64,000 nucleotides of DNA from Pseudomonadota bacterium. GTDB taxonomy: Bacteria > Pseudomonadota > Gammaproteobacteria > Steroidobacterales > Woeseiaceae. The stretch is from NCBI GenBank assembly GCA_020027645.1, contig JAHKKM010000001.1, forward strand, positions 6,211-70,210, given 5' to 3'. Below the pieces are notes generated by a model that saw only the letters and a list, made by a program, of their open reading frames with translations, was not told where the DNA came from and did no database searches. Position numbers and translations under genes: made by a program. Below, piece by piece: positions 26,720-36,075 of this stretch; the stretch's first letter is position 1; the number at the start of each line of letters is the position of its first letter.

Positions 26720-29377
26720 ATGAAAAGAATGTTAATCAATGCAACTCAGCAAGAGGAGTTGCGAATGGCGATGGTCGATGGCCAGCGCCTATACGATCTC
26801 AATATCGAGTTACCGTCTAGCGAACGCAAAAAAGCCAATATCTACAAAGGAAAGATCACCCGCATCGAGCCAAGTCTCGAAGCGGCTTTCGTCAACTACG
26901 GTGCCGAACGGCACGGCTTTTTGCCACTCAAGGAAATTTCCAGCGAGTACTTCCTGACCGACGTCGATTCGGGCAAGCCGAATATCAAGTCGGTCCTCAA
27001 GGAAGGTCAGGACATTGTCGTCCAGATCGACAAGGAAGAACGCGGCAACAAGGGTGCTGCGCTGACGACCTTTGTCAGTCTCGCCGGCCGATTCATCGTT
27101 TTGAAACCCAACAAGCCCCGCTCAGGCGGCGTGTCACGCCGCATCGTCGGCGAAGACCGCGATCTCGCTCGCGAATCGGTACGGGAGGTGGAAGTGCCTC
27201 CCGGCATGAGCATGATCCTGCGAACGGCGGGCATCGATCGCAGTTCCGAGGAACTCGAGTGGGACTTGAAGAACCTGCTGGCTATCTGGGAAGCGATCAA
27301 GAAAGTGGTGGTCGAGCGTCCCTCGCCTTTCCTGATCTATCGTGAAAGTAATGCCGTGGTGCGCGCGCTGCGGGACTACCTGACGGCCGAGGTCGGCGAG
27401 ATCCTTATCGATGACGAAGCCGCCTATAAGGAAGCGGCGGAGTTCGTCGAGCACGTGATGCCGCAGAACCTGCGAAAAATGAAGCTTTACACCGACGATG
27501 TGCCGCTGTTCACGCGGTACCAGATCGAATCACAGATTGAATCTGCCTTTGCACATTCGGTGACGCTGCCATCCGGCGGGAGCCTGGTTATCGACCATAC
27601 CGAAGCTTTGGTATCGATCGACATCAATTCTGCGCGCGCCACGAAGGGCGGTGATATCGAAGCCACGGCGCTGAATACAAACCTCGAAGCCGCCGACGAA
27701 ATCGGCCGGCAATTGCGACTTCGCGATCTGGGCGGGCTCGTTGTTATCGATTTCATCGACATGGGACCGCAGAAGAACCAGCGCGACGTCGAAAATCGCC
27801 TGCGCGATTCGGTCAGTCAGGATCGTGCGCGGGTGCAGATCGGCAAGATATCCCGTTTCGGCCTGCTCGAGATGTCGCGGCAACGCTTGCGGCCTTCGCT
27901 TGGCGAATCAAATTACCTGACCTGCCCGCGTTGCTCCGGGATCGGCAATATCCGCAGCGTCGAGTCACTGGCGCTGGCAATCCTGCGCATCATCGGTGAG
28001 GAAACGCGCAAGGAACGCACGGCCAAAGTGATCGCTCAGCTGCCGGTCGAGGTCGCAACCTATCTCTTGAACGAGAAACGCGACTGGGTACAAAACCTCG
28101 AGGCGCGCAGTGAAACGCAGGTCATCCTGATCGCGAATCCCGCACTTGAGACTCCGCATTACCGCATTCGCCGCGTACGCGACGACCAGGTAGAGCTTCC
28201 GGAAAACACTGGTACCAGTTACGCCCTGGCGGAAATGGACGTTGACCTCGAGGCACCAACGGTCGTTCAGGACAAGAAGCCCATTGAACCGGCTGCGATC
28301 GTAACCATTACCGCGGCGAGCCCGGTGCCGGCACCAAAGCCACAGGACAAAAAGAAGGGTCCCGGCATGCTGGCGCGATTCCTCTCGCTGTTCCAGGGCC
28401 GGGCGGAACAGGATCCCGCCAAGAGCGACCGCGACAAGCGCCGCCATGGGTCGGACAGCCGACGCCGCGGCGGCAGGCAGCCGGATCGACACGACGATGC
28501 GCGACGGCGTGGCTCGGAGCGCGACCGGCCATCACGAAAAAAGAAATCAGACCGGCAGCCTTCGGCAAAGCCGCAGGGCGACGATGCCGCGCGACAGCAG
28601 AGAAATCAGGAACGGAAGAAACCGCAGGACGTGCGCAGGGAAGAAGTGCGCAGGGACCAGGAAGTACGCAGGGAACGGCAAGGCGATGAGCCGGGCGTCA
28701 GGCGCGACGAAGGCCGCGAAATCGGTCGTGATGCGGGTCGTGACGATGGTCGCAAGAAGTCGGGCAAACGCCGCTCACGCGGTGGCAGGCGGCGCAGAAA
28801 GAACACCGAAAATACCGATGTTGCCGCGAGACCGGAGCAGCAGCAGGGTCAAACTTCACAGGCCGAGCTAGGCGAGCCGCATTCAAGACCCAGGCCTTAT
28901 CAGGAACCACGGTCCAATGGCGAGGACAGCGACAGAATCGGCGATACGGCCACCGCCGAAAGAAATGAGGCGTACAAGCCCCGCAGCGAGCCGGTGACGG
29001 TTGCGACGGCTGTTCTTGCAGCGGCCCCGGCAAGCGCTGTGGTCGATTACGAAGATACACAGCCCGAGTTGCCTTTGATTCGTGAGCCCTACGCACAGCC
29101 GCCTGTGGTCGAGGCTGCGCGTTTCGTCGCGACGCCGCCAGCTGTGGCCTACCAGCCGGCAGCACCGACCGAGGTGGCGCGTGCACCGGAACAGGTACTG
29201 GCAGTGCAGGCCAAACCGGAGCCCGCAGTGCCAGCGTCATCCACGGGAGTCGTTGCGGAGCCACGGCCGCAAGGTCGGCTATTGCCGTGGGAACCACCAG
29301 CCGCGGCGATTGAAAAGGTATCGCCGCCGGATCAGCTGGCTCAGGAAACTCCGGACGACCGCGACACTACCGTCTGA
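26720..29377 (+). CDS. rne: ribonuclease E
   Basis: MKRMLINATQQEELRMAMVDGQRLYDLNIE, S1 domain, DNase I-like block and Zn-link CPRCSG. Long Arg/Asp/Glu/Pro-rich C-terminal scaffold region. Confidence 0.96.
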   Translation: MKRMLINATQQEELRMAMVDGQRLYDLNIELPSSERKKANIYKGKITRIEPSLEAAFVNYGAERHGFLPLKEISSEYFLTDVDSGKPNIKSVLKEGQDIVVQIDKEERGNKGAALTTFVSLAGRFIVLKPNKPRSGGVSRRIVGEDRDLARESVREVEVPPGMSMILRTAGIDRSSEELEWDLKNLLAIWEAIKKVVVERPSPFLIYRESNAVVRALRDYLTAEVGEILIDDEAAYKEAAEFVEHVMPQNLRKMKLYTDDVPLFTRYQIESQIESAFAHSVTLPSGGSLVIDHTEALVSIDINSARATKGGDIEATALNTNLEAADEIGRQLRLRDLGGLVVIDFIDMGPQKNQRDVENRLRDSVSQDRARVQIGKISRFGLLEMSRQRLRPSLGESNYLTCPRCSGIGNIRSVESLALAILRIIGEETRKERTAKVIAQLPVEVATYLLNEKRDWVQNLEARSETQVILIANPALETPHYRIRRVRDDQVELPENTGTSYALAEMDVDLEAPTVVQDKKPIEPAAIVTITAASPVPAPKPQDKKKGPGMLARFLSLFQGRAEQDPAKSDRDKRRHGSDSRRRGGRQPDRHDDARRRGSERDRPSRKKKSDRQPSAKPQGDDAARQQRNQERKKPQDVRREEVRRDQEVRRERQGDEPGVRRDEGREIGRDAGRDDGRKKSGKRRSRGGRRRRKNTENTDVAARPEQQQGQTSQAELGEPHSRPRPYQEPRSNGEDSDRIGDTATAERNEAYKPRSEPVTVATAVLAAAPASAVVDYEDTQPELPLIREPYAQPPVVEAARFVATPPAVAYQPAAPTEVARAPEQVLAVQAKPEPAVPASSTGVVAEPRPQGRLLPWEPPAAAIEKVSPPDQLAQETPDDRDTTV

Positions 29378-29383
29378 ATCAGC

Positions 29384-29875
29384 TCAGTCGATCCGCTGTC
29401 GCAACAACTCCAGTAGCTCAGCCGACGCGTCCTCGACCAGGTCGAGGACGCGTTCGAATCCGGCCGAGCCGCCGTAGTACGGATCCGGTACTTCGGATTC
29501 CCGGCCGCCTGTCGCGTATTCGAGAAACAGGTGGATCTCCGCGTTCTGCTGTTCGCCGGCCGCGGTCCTGAGCATTGCCAGGTTGTCGCGATCCATGGCG
29601 AAAATGTAGTCAAACCTTTCGAAATCCGCGCTTTCCACGCGCCGGGCACGGATGTCAGCCAGTGAAAAACCGCGGCGCTCGGCAGCCGCCTGTGAACGTC
29701 GATCAGGGGGGTCATTGCTGTGATACGCATGCGTACCTGCTGATTCGACCTGAATGCGGTGTCCCAGCCCTGCATCGTTGACGATTTTGCGAAATACACC
29801 CTCGGCCGTAGGCGACCTGCAAATGTTGCCCATGCAGACAAATAGAACGGACAGTTTTTCCGTGTGCTCAGTCAT
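29384..29875 (-). CDS. low-molecular-weight protein-tyrosine phosphatase
   Basis: Signature VLFVCMGNICRSPTAEG (CX5R(S/T)) and a DPYY motif near the C-terminus. Confidence 0.9.
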   Translation of the reverse strand: MTEHTEKLSVLFVCMGNICRSPTAEGVFRKIVNDAGLGHRIQVESAGTHAYHSNDPPDRRSQAAAERRGFSLADIRARRVESADFERFDYIFAMDRDNLAMLRTAAGEQQNAEIHLFLEYATGGRESEVPDPYYGGSAGFERVLDLVEDASAELLELLRQRID

Positions 29876-30010
29876 AGGTGGTACCTGGCTCGGTGGTCAA
29901 TCTTATTCAATCAAGTCAGGCATTGCGACGGCTTTGGCGTCGCGCAAATGGAAATGTAGCTGCCTGAACTACAGACTTTGCAGGCTGAAATCGGCGCGCG
30001 ACTCCCCGAC

Positions 30011-30550
30011 TCACATACCGAGTGCAGATTCGATAGCCGCAACCACCGCCTTATCGTAGGGCTCAGTGCGTGGACTGAATTCACGCACGAGCTTTCCGTC
30101 CCTGCCGATCAGGTACTTGTGAAAATTCCACGTAGGATAGGTGCCGGATGCGGCAGCCAATCGATCGAAAAACGGATGAGCGCCCGCCCGCTTCACTGTA
30201 ATCTTTTCAAACATCGGGAACTTCACCTTGTACGTGAGCCGGCAGAAATCCTGGATTTCCTCTTCCGTTCCTGGCTCCTGCCCGAGAAAATCATTCGATG
30301 GAAAGCCGAGCACGACAAAACCGTCTTCTCCGTACTGCTGGTAAAGCTCTTCCAGTCCATCATATTGCGGCGTGTTACCGCACTTCGAGGCGGTGTTAAC
30401 GACCAGTATAACCTTCCCCGAATAGGCAGCTTCGAGGTTGACGACCTCATCCGACGCCAGTCGACGGAAGTTCTGATCCAGCAATGCCGGATCGTCGGCC
30501 GATGATATCGCGGTCGCCATAAGAGTGATTACCCCTGTCAAAAGACGCAT
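30011..30550 (-). CDS. glutathione peroxidase (Cys-type), with signal peptide
   Basis: LVVNTASKCGNTPQY, LGFPSNDFLGQEPG and WNFHKYLI. The ATG at 30550 gives the signal-like N-terminus MRLLTGVITLMATAISSA. Confidence 0.88.
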   Translation of the reverse strand: MRLLTGVITLMATAISSADDPALLDQNFRRLASDEVVNLEAAYSGKVILVVNTASKCGNTPQYDGLEELYQQYGEDGFVVLGFPSNDFLGQEPGTEEEIQDFCRLTYKVKFPMFEKITVKRAGAHPFFDRLAAASGTYPTWNFHKYLIGRDGKLVREFSPRTEPYDKAVVAAIESALGM

Positions 30551-30720
30551 TTGAGACTCCGGATAGTCGTGACCCGCGGCCGCGCCACAGATAAGCGTTT
30601 GCGCATGATGCCGCCAGCATGCCAATTTGACCACGTCGATTGTGTAACAAGTCGTACCATCGCTGGCTTTGCCGCTGAATGCTCATTACTCTCGACCCCG
30701 ACCCGGAGCACAAGTTCGCC

Positions 30721-31308
30721 ATGAATCACCACGACCTTGGATATTTGTGGATTGCCCTCACCGTCACGCTGGGAATCGGACTGGGCGGCCGGGTTGCGGC
30801 CAGGTCCGATGCGGAGCCGTTACCCGCCATAACAACCGTTAGCTCCGTCGAGCTGACGCGATACGTCGGACGATGGTACGAAATCGCCAGGATTCCCAAT
30901 CGGTTCCAGAAGGCTTGTGCAAGCGACACGACGGCCGATTACGCGATCCGCGATGACGGGCGACTCGATGTGATCAACCGTTGCCTCAGGGACGACGGCA
31001 AGCGCGACGAAGCAAGTGGTGTTGCAAAGATCGTGGATAGTCAAAGCAATGCAAAACTCAAAGTCAGTTTCGTGAGTTTTTTCGGCTGGCGGCCGTTTTG
31101 GGGCGATTACTGGGTGATCGGCCTGGACGAGAACTTCCAATGGGCGATTGTCGGTCATCCGTCGCGAGAATACGGCTGGATCCTCGCTCGGACACCAGAA
31201 CTTGACGATGAAACGCTTTCGCGCATTTTTTCGATCATCGAACGCAACGGTTACCAACGCAGTACTTTTGAGATGACGGCACATCGCACCGACCCGGCAG
31301 GCGATTAA
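30721..31308 (+). CDS. blc: bacterial lipocalin (Blc-like)
   Basis: YVGRWYEIARIPNRFQ, GDYWVIGLD and WILARTP motifs. The N-terminus is hydrophobic, but I see no lipobox Cys. Confidence 0.85.
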   Translation: MNHHDLGYLWIALTVTLGIGLGGRVAARSDAEPLPAITTVSSVELTRYVGRWYEIARIPNRFQKACASDTTADYAIRDDGRLDVINRCLRDDGKRDEASGVAKIVDSQSNAKLKVSFVSFFGWRPFWGDYWVIGLDENFQWAIVGHPSREYGWILARTPELDDETLSRIFSIIERNGYQRSTFEMTAHRTDPAGD

Positions 31309-31349
31309 GCGGTCAATCGCCTTGACTACCGGCGGGCAATCTCCCCTGA

Positions 31350-32108
31350 TCAGCCGCCTGCAGACAATAGCTGTTCCGCGATTCGCAAGTCGTCCTCGGT
31401 GTCGACACTGGCACCAGGCCGCATTTTCGGTTGCCCGACCCGGATGCGCATTCCAAGGTGCAAGGCCCGCAATTGTTCCAGTTGTTCGCAAATCTCGACC
31501 GCCGGCGACTTTGCGGCAACCATGCGCAACAGCGCACTGACACGATATGCGTAAATCCCGTGGTGGTGCAGGGCCGTTGCCGCTGCCAAGGCCTGAACAT
31601 CCTCGCTCCGCGCATGGGGAATCGCGGCTCGACTGAAAATCATTGCATAGCCTTTCGCATCGACCAGTACCTTGACGATATTCGGATTGTGCAAGTCCAC
31701 GATTGCAGCAAGCGGTGATGCCAGCGTACCGATGTCGGTGCCATCATCGTCAAGCAAGCCGGCGCATTGATTGATCAGTGCAGCCGGCATGGTCGGCTCA
31801 TCGCCCTGCAGATTGACGATGATGCGATCGCCGGGCCACTGTCGAATCCGGCACACCTCGGCGATTCTGTCACTGCCGGACGGATGGGCACTCGAGGTCA
31901 TGCAAACATCCGCGCCAAATCCCGCCGCGGCATCGGCAATGCGCTGGTCATCGGTTGCAATGACGATGCCTTGCGCGTCACTTTCACAGCCACGCTCCCA
32001 AACGTGCTGCAACATTGGTTTGCCCGCAAGCAGACGCAAGGGTTTGCCCGGCAGTCGGTTCGACGCGTAGCGTGCCGGGATTACGACGTGGAATGGACGC
32101 TTGGACAA
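31350..32108 (-). CDS. kdsB: 3-deoxy-manno-octulosonate cytidylyltransferase
   Basis: VVIPARYASNRLPGKPL, ATDD and VNLQGDEP. TTG start lying inside the lpxK 3' end (28-nt overlap). Confidence 0.93.
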   Translation of the reverse strand: MSKRPFHVVIPARYASNRLPGKPLRLLAGKPMLQHVWERGCESDAQGIVIATDDQRIADAAAGFGADVCMTSSAHPSGSDRIAEVCRIRQWPGDRIIVNLQGDEPTMPAALINQCAGLLDDDGTDIGTLASPLAAIVDLHNPNIVKVLVDAKGYAMIFSRAAIPHARSEDVQALAAATALHHHGIYAYRVSALLRMVAAKSPAVEICEQLEQLRALHLGMRIRVGQPKMRPGASVDTEDDLRIAEQLLSAGG

Positions 32109-33157
32109 AGCTCTTCCTTCTTTTGCAGCAGAAATTTGTTTAGCTCCTCCAGCCAGTTCGAGCGGCCGGCGTTTGGAAACTTGACAGTAACCGGCACATA
32201 CCAGCAGTTATCCACGGAAAGTCCGCCACATTTTACTGCGTCCTTTTCCGTCATGACGATCGGCAAACGGTCACCGAAAGCAAGGTGCTTTCCGGTCAGT
32301 TGCAAGTGATCGCGATACGCATGCGGAATGACTCGCATCCCGTGCGATTCGAGCATGCGAAAGAAGCGCGTCGGGTTGCCGATTGCGGCAACGGCATGTA
32401 CGGTCTTTCCTGAAAATTCACCGAGTGGCCGGCTTGCCATTCCATTGAGCTCGCGCAACTGTTTCGGCACCAGGGCGAAGGCCGATGAGGACCGATCGGC
32501 CAGGCGGCGAAGAAAGGGTACGTCCACGTCCTGGCCCTCGGTCTGCACCAGCACCCTGTCGACGAACTGCAATCTCTCCATCGGCTCGCGCAGCGGACCG
32601 GCCGGCAACAGCAGACCATTACCGGTGCCGCGCAGTCCATCGAGCACGGCGATCTCGTAGTCGCGGGCCAGCCGGTAATGCTGCAGGCCATCGTCCGCGA
32701 TAACGATGTCGACACCGGAGTCGATGGCCGCCCTGGCGGCTGCAACACGGTCCGGGTGTACGAACACCGGGCAGCGGCTGCGTGAAGCAATAAGAATTGC
32801 TTCGTCGCCCACTGTATCCGGGCTGCTGAACGCCGTCGCCTCGATCGCCGTGCGACCGACTTTGCCGCCGTAGCCGCGGCTAACAATGCCCGGATTGTGG
32901 CCGCGGATCTTCAGCTCCTGTGCCAGCCAGATGGCGATCGGTGTCTTGCCCGTACCGCCGACGGTGATGTTGCCTACCACCACGACGGGCACGGACATTC
33001 GGTACGACTTCAGGACGCCAATCCGGTACAGCCAGCGACGCAACGACACCACGGCAGAAAATATCAGGCTCAATGGCATTAGCAGAAAACGCGATGCGGA
33101 ATTCCCGTACCACATCCGCTGCAGCCAGTCCTGGTCATTGCCGTTCTGTCTCACCAT
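32081..33157 (-). CDS. lpxK: tetraacyldisaccharide 4'-kinase
   Basis: VPVVVVGNITVGGTGKTP P-loop, SRGYGG and DDGLQH. Confidence 0.93.
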   Translation of the reverse strand: MVRQNGNDQDWLQRMWYGNSASRFLLMPLSLIFSAVVSLRRWLYRIGVLKSYRMSVPVVVVGNITVGGTGKTPIAIWLAQELKIRGHNPGIVSRGYGGKVGRTAIEATAFSSPDTVGDEAILIASRSRCPVFVHPDRVAAARAAIDSGVDIVIADDGLQHYRLARDYEIAVLDGLRGTGNGLLLPAGPLREPMERLQFVDRVLVQTEGQDVDVPFLRRLADRSSSAFALVPKQLRELNGMASRPLGEFSGKTVHAVAAIGNPTRFFRMLESHGMRVIPHAYRDHLQLTGKHLAFGDRLPIVMTEKDAVKCGGLSVDNCWYVPVTVKFPNAGRSNWLEELNKFLLQKKEELCPSVHSTS

Positions 33158-33168
33158 GCCGCGCTGCG

Positions 33169-34938
33169 TCAGGAACTGTTGTTCGCGGATTCATCACTGA
33201 ACTGCATCCGGTACAGGCTTGCATACTGACCATCGAGCGCCAGCAACTCCGGATGTGTACCGGATTCAACGATGCGCCCGTGGTCGAGCACGATGATCTG
33301 GTCAGCGTTTTCAACGGTGGACAAGCGGTGCGCAATGACCAGGGTGGTACGGTTTTGCATCAGGACGCCCAGCGCATCCTGTATATGCCGCTCGGACTTG
33401 CTGTCCAGTGCCGAGGTCGCCTCGTCGAGTATCAGCACCGGTGCATCCTTCAGCAGGGCCCTGCCGATTGCGATCCGCTGTCGCTGACCGCCGGAGAGCA
33501 ACACGCCCCGCTCGCCCACCATCGTGTCCAGCCCATTAGGAAGATCTTTAATGAATTCAATGATATGTGCTGCTTCTGCGGCGCGAAGCACATCCGCACG
33601 CGAGGCCCGCCCGAGCGACCCGTAGGCAAGATTATTGGCGATCGTGTCATTGAACAGGACCACATCCTGGCTTACCAGGCTGATATGGGCACGCAGATTC
33701 GACAATTTGTAATCCTGGATGCGAACGCCGTCCAGGAGAATTTCACCGCTGTCGATGTCGTAAAACCTTGGCAGGAGTCCGACCAGCGTCGACTTGCCGC
33801 TGCCGGAATGACCGACTATCGCTAGCAACTTGCCAGCCGCTATCGACAGCGACAGATTGTCGATGACCTGTGCGCCGTTCGTGCCATAGGAAAATCTGAC
33901 ATCGCGGAATTCCACGTCACCGCGCACCTGGTCCCGTTCTACCGCTCCGGAATCAACCTCGTCCGGTTCGTCCATGATTCGAAACAGGCTGTCCCCGGCC
34001 GCAATGCCGCGCTGAATCACTGCATTCAGGTTTGTGATCCGCCGCAATGGTTGCAACATGAGCATCATGGCGCTGAAAAACGAAATGAATTTGCCCGGGC
34101 TGAGCTTGTTTTCCATCGACTCGACACCGGCGAAGTAAATGACCAGCGCCACACTTAGACCGAAAATAACCTGGGTCAGTGCGGTACCCAACGACCTGGC
34201 CTGAATCAGTTTCAGATGCTGCTTGCGATTCTTCTCGTCAACATTGAGCATCCGCTGGTTTTCGTAGGCATAACCGCCGAATACCTTGACCACCCGATGG
34301 CCTGACAGAACCTCCTCGGACACCTGGGCCACTTCACCGACCGAGTCCTGAATGCGGCTGCTGTAACGGCGAAACGCCTTGGAAAGTGCGCGAATCATGA
34401 GCGCAATCAAGGGGAACACGACTGACACGAGCAGGGTAAGTCGCGGACTCTGATACAGCATGACGGCGGCGGCAGCGAGGATAGTCAGAACATCCCGAAT
34501 CAGGGTGGTCACCACGTGGGTCACGGATTCTGAAATCATTTCCACGTTATAGGTCATGCGGGACAACAACGGACCGGTGGAATTCTGCTCGATGAAACGC
34601 GAGGGCAAGGTCAGGAACTTTTTGAATACATCGCGACGCAAGGAACTGATAACGCCTCGCCCGATCCATCCGAGCGAGGCCTCGGTTGCATATCCGGCAA
34701 TTCCACGGACGATGAATACACCGACGAAAGCAAGCGGCAGCCATTTGGCTGTTTCGAGGTTGTGTGCAACCAGCGCCTCGTCCGTCATCGGCTCCAGCAT
34801 CCAGACCAGCAGTCCTTCCACCAGCGACGATGCAACCATGCCGATGACGGCGATTACGCCGATATAGCGGTACGGGGTGACGTACCTCCAGAGGCGACCG
34901 TAGACCTGGACGACCCGTGGATCGATTCGCTTGCTCAC
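33169..34938 (-). CDS. msbA: lipid A export ABC transporter ATP-binding/permease MsbA
   Basis: Six-TM N-domain followed by an NBD (GHSGSGKST, LSGGQRQRIAIGRAL, LILDEATSALD). Context with lpxK fits. The GTG start overlaps the exbD stop (GTGA). Confidence 0.9.
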   Translation of the reverse strand: MSKRIDPRVVQVYGRLWRYVTPYRYIGVIAVIGMVASSLVEGLLVWMLEPMTDEALVAHNLETAKWLPLAFVGVFIVRGIAGYATEASLGWIGRGVISSLRRDVFKKFLTLPSRFIEQNSTGPLLSRMTYNVEMISESVTHVVTTLIRDVLTILAAAAVMLYQSPRLTLLVSVVFPLIALMIRALSKAFRRYSSRIQDSVGEVAQVSEEVLSGHRVVKVFGGYAYENQRMLNVDEKNRKQHLKLIQARSLGTALTQVIFGLSVALVIYFAGVESMENKLSPGKFISFFSAMMLMLQPLRRITNLNAVIQRGIAAGDSLFRIMDEPDEVDSGAVERDQVRGDVEFRDVRFSYGTNGAQVIDNLSLSIAAGKLLAIVGHSGSGKSTLVGLLPRFYDIDSGEILLDGVRIQDYKLSNLRAHISLVSQDVVLFNDTIANNLAYGSLGRASRADVLRAAEAAHIIEFIKDLPNGLDTMVGERGVLLSGGQRQRIAIGRALLKDAPVLILDEATSALDSKSERHIQDALGVLMQNRTTLVIAHRLSTVENADQIIVLDHGRIVESGTHPELLALDGQYASLYRMQFSDESANNSS

Positions 34939-35372
34939 GGATCGGTCGAATCGTTGGCTGGATCGTTGACTGTAGCGATGCTCACTTGCACGAACCCAAG
35001 CTTGCCCGCTACATCCATGGCGGTTACGACATACTGGTGGCGCGCATTGGCATCGGCGCTGATAGTCAGTGGCAGCTGGGTATTGCCACCCGACACCTTT
35101 TGCAGGGCATTGCGAATGGTCTCGGGCCGGTTGTTGATCAGTTCACGGCCGTTGACAAGGTAAGTGCCCTGCTCCGTGATCATGATCTCGAGCTGATCGG
35201 GTATCTCTTCGACGACCGGCGTGTTCTTCGCCTCGGGCAATCGGATCGAGATCTGCGACTGCTTGACGAACGTCGTCGAGACCACGAAGAAGAAGAGCAG
35301 CAACAAGACCACGTCGATCAACGACGTGAGGTTGACTTCCGGCTCTGCCCTTGGCCGCCTGTTGAGATTCAT
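34935..35372 (-). CDS. exbD: ExbD/TolR family biopolymer transport protein
   Basis: NLTSLIDVVLLLLFFFVV TM segment with the conserved Asp, plus a periplasmic domain. The ATG overlaps the exbB stop (ATGA). Confidence 0.85.
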   Translation of the reverse strand: MNLNRRPRAEPEVNLTSLIDVVLLLLFFFVVSTTFVKQSQISIRLPEAKNTPVVEEIPDQLEIMITEQGTYLVNGRELINNRPETIRNALQKVSGGNTQLPLTISADANARHQYVVTAMDVAGKLGFVQVSIATVNDPANDSTDP

Positions 35373-35995
35373 TCGTCGGTGCCATCAGCCGCTTTGCGGC
35401 GGTGCAGTGCCTCGACCAGTTTGATGGCTTCCTTCTCCATGTCGACGACAAGCGTATCTACCCGGTTCCGGTAGTAGCGATAGCCGATCAGCGCCGGTAT
35501 CGCGACTGTCAGTCCTGCGGCGGTCGTGATCAACGCCTCTGCGATGCCACCGGCAAGTACGGTCGGATTGCCAACACCGTGAGTCGTAATGGCAGAAAAT
35601 ACCTTGATCATGCCGAACACGGTTCCAAGCAAACCAAGCAGCGGTGAAATCGCGGCGATGGTGCCGAGGGTCTCCAGGTAACGCTCGAGTTCATGGACCA
35701 CATGCCGGCCGGTGTCCTCGATGCTGTCTTTCATCGCCACACGATCAAGGTCCCGGTTGATGAGGCCTGCCGCGAGAATCTGCCCCAGCGGCGAACCCTG
35801 GTGCAGGGTCTGGATCTGCCGCTGGTCGAGAGCGTCCTTCTTTACCCAGCCCCAGACCTTGCTGGTGAGATCCTCCGGCAATACGCGTTTCTGCTGCAGT
35901 GTCCAGAAGCGCTCCAGCATTATTCCCATGGCAATAATGGCGCAGAGGATGATTGGCGCCATCACCCAACCGCCTGCTTTGACGATTTCGACCAT
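35369..35995 (-). CDS. exbB: MotA/TolQ/ExbB proton-channel family protein
   Basis: From the ATG at 35995: three TM segments and the conserved C-terminal block LGLLGTVFGMI..F........G....LAGGIAEALITTAAGL.VAIP. The longer ORF to 36388 overlaps the comEC 3' end. Confidence 0.85.
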   Translation of the reverse strand: MVEIVKAGGWVMAPIILCAIIAMGIMLERFWTLQQKRVLPEDLTSKVWGWVKKDALDQRQIQTLHQGSPLGQILAAGLINRDLDRVAMKDSIEDTGRHVVHELERYLETLGTIAAISPLLGLLGTVFGMIKVFSAITTHGVGNPTVLAGGIAEALITTAAGLTVAIPALIGYRYYRNRVDTLVVDMEKEAIKLVEALHRRKAADGTDE

Positions 35996-36075
35996 AGGCC
36001 CGATCCTGAGGAAAATCGAAATATACAGTGAGCGGCACAAAAATTCCCGCGCCGTGGTACCCCGGTGCACTCCGG

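Noticed and set aside
29876-30010. Hairpin gcgacg-gctttg-gcgtcgc (about 29926-29944) as a terminator after the glutathione peroxidase gene.
   Set aside because: The stem is only 6 bp, and no T-run follows on the relevant (minus) strand.
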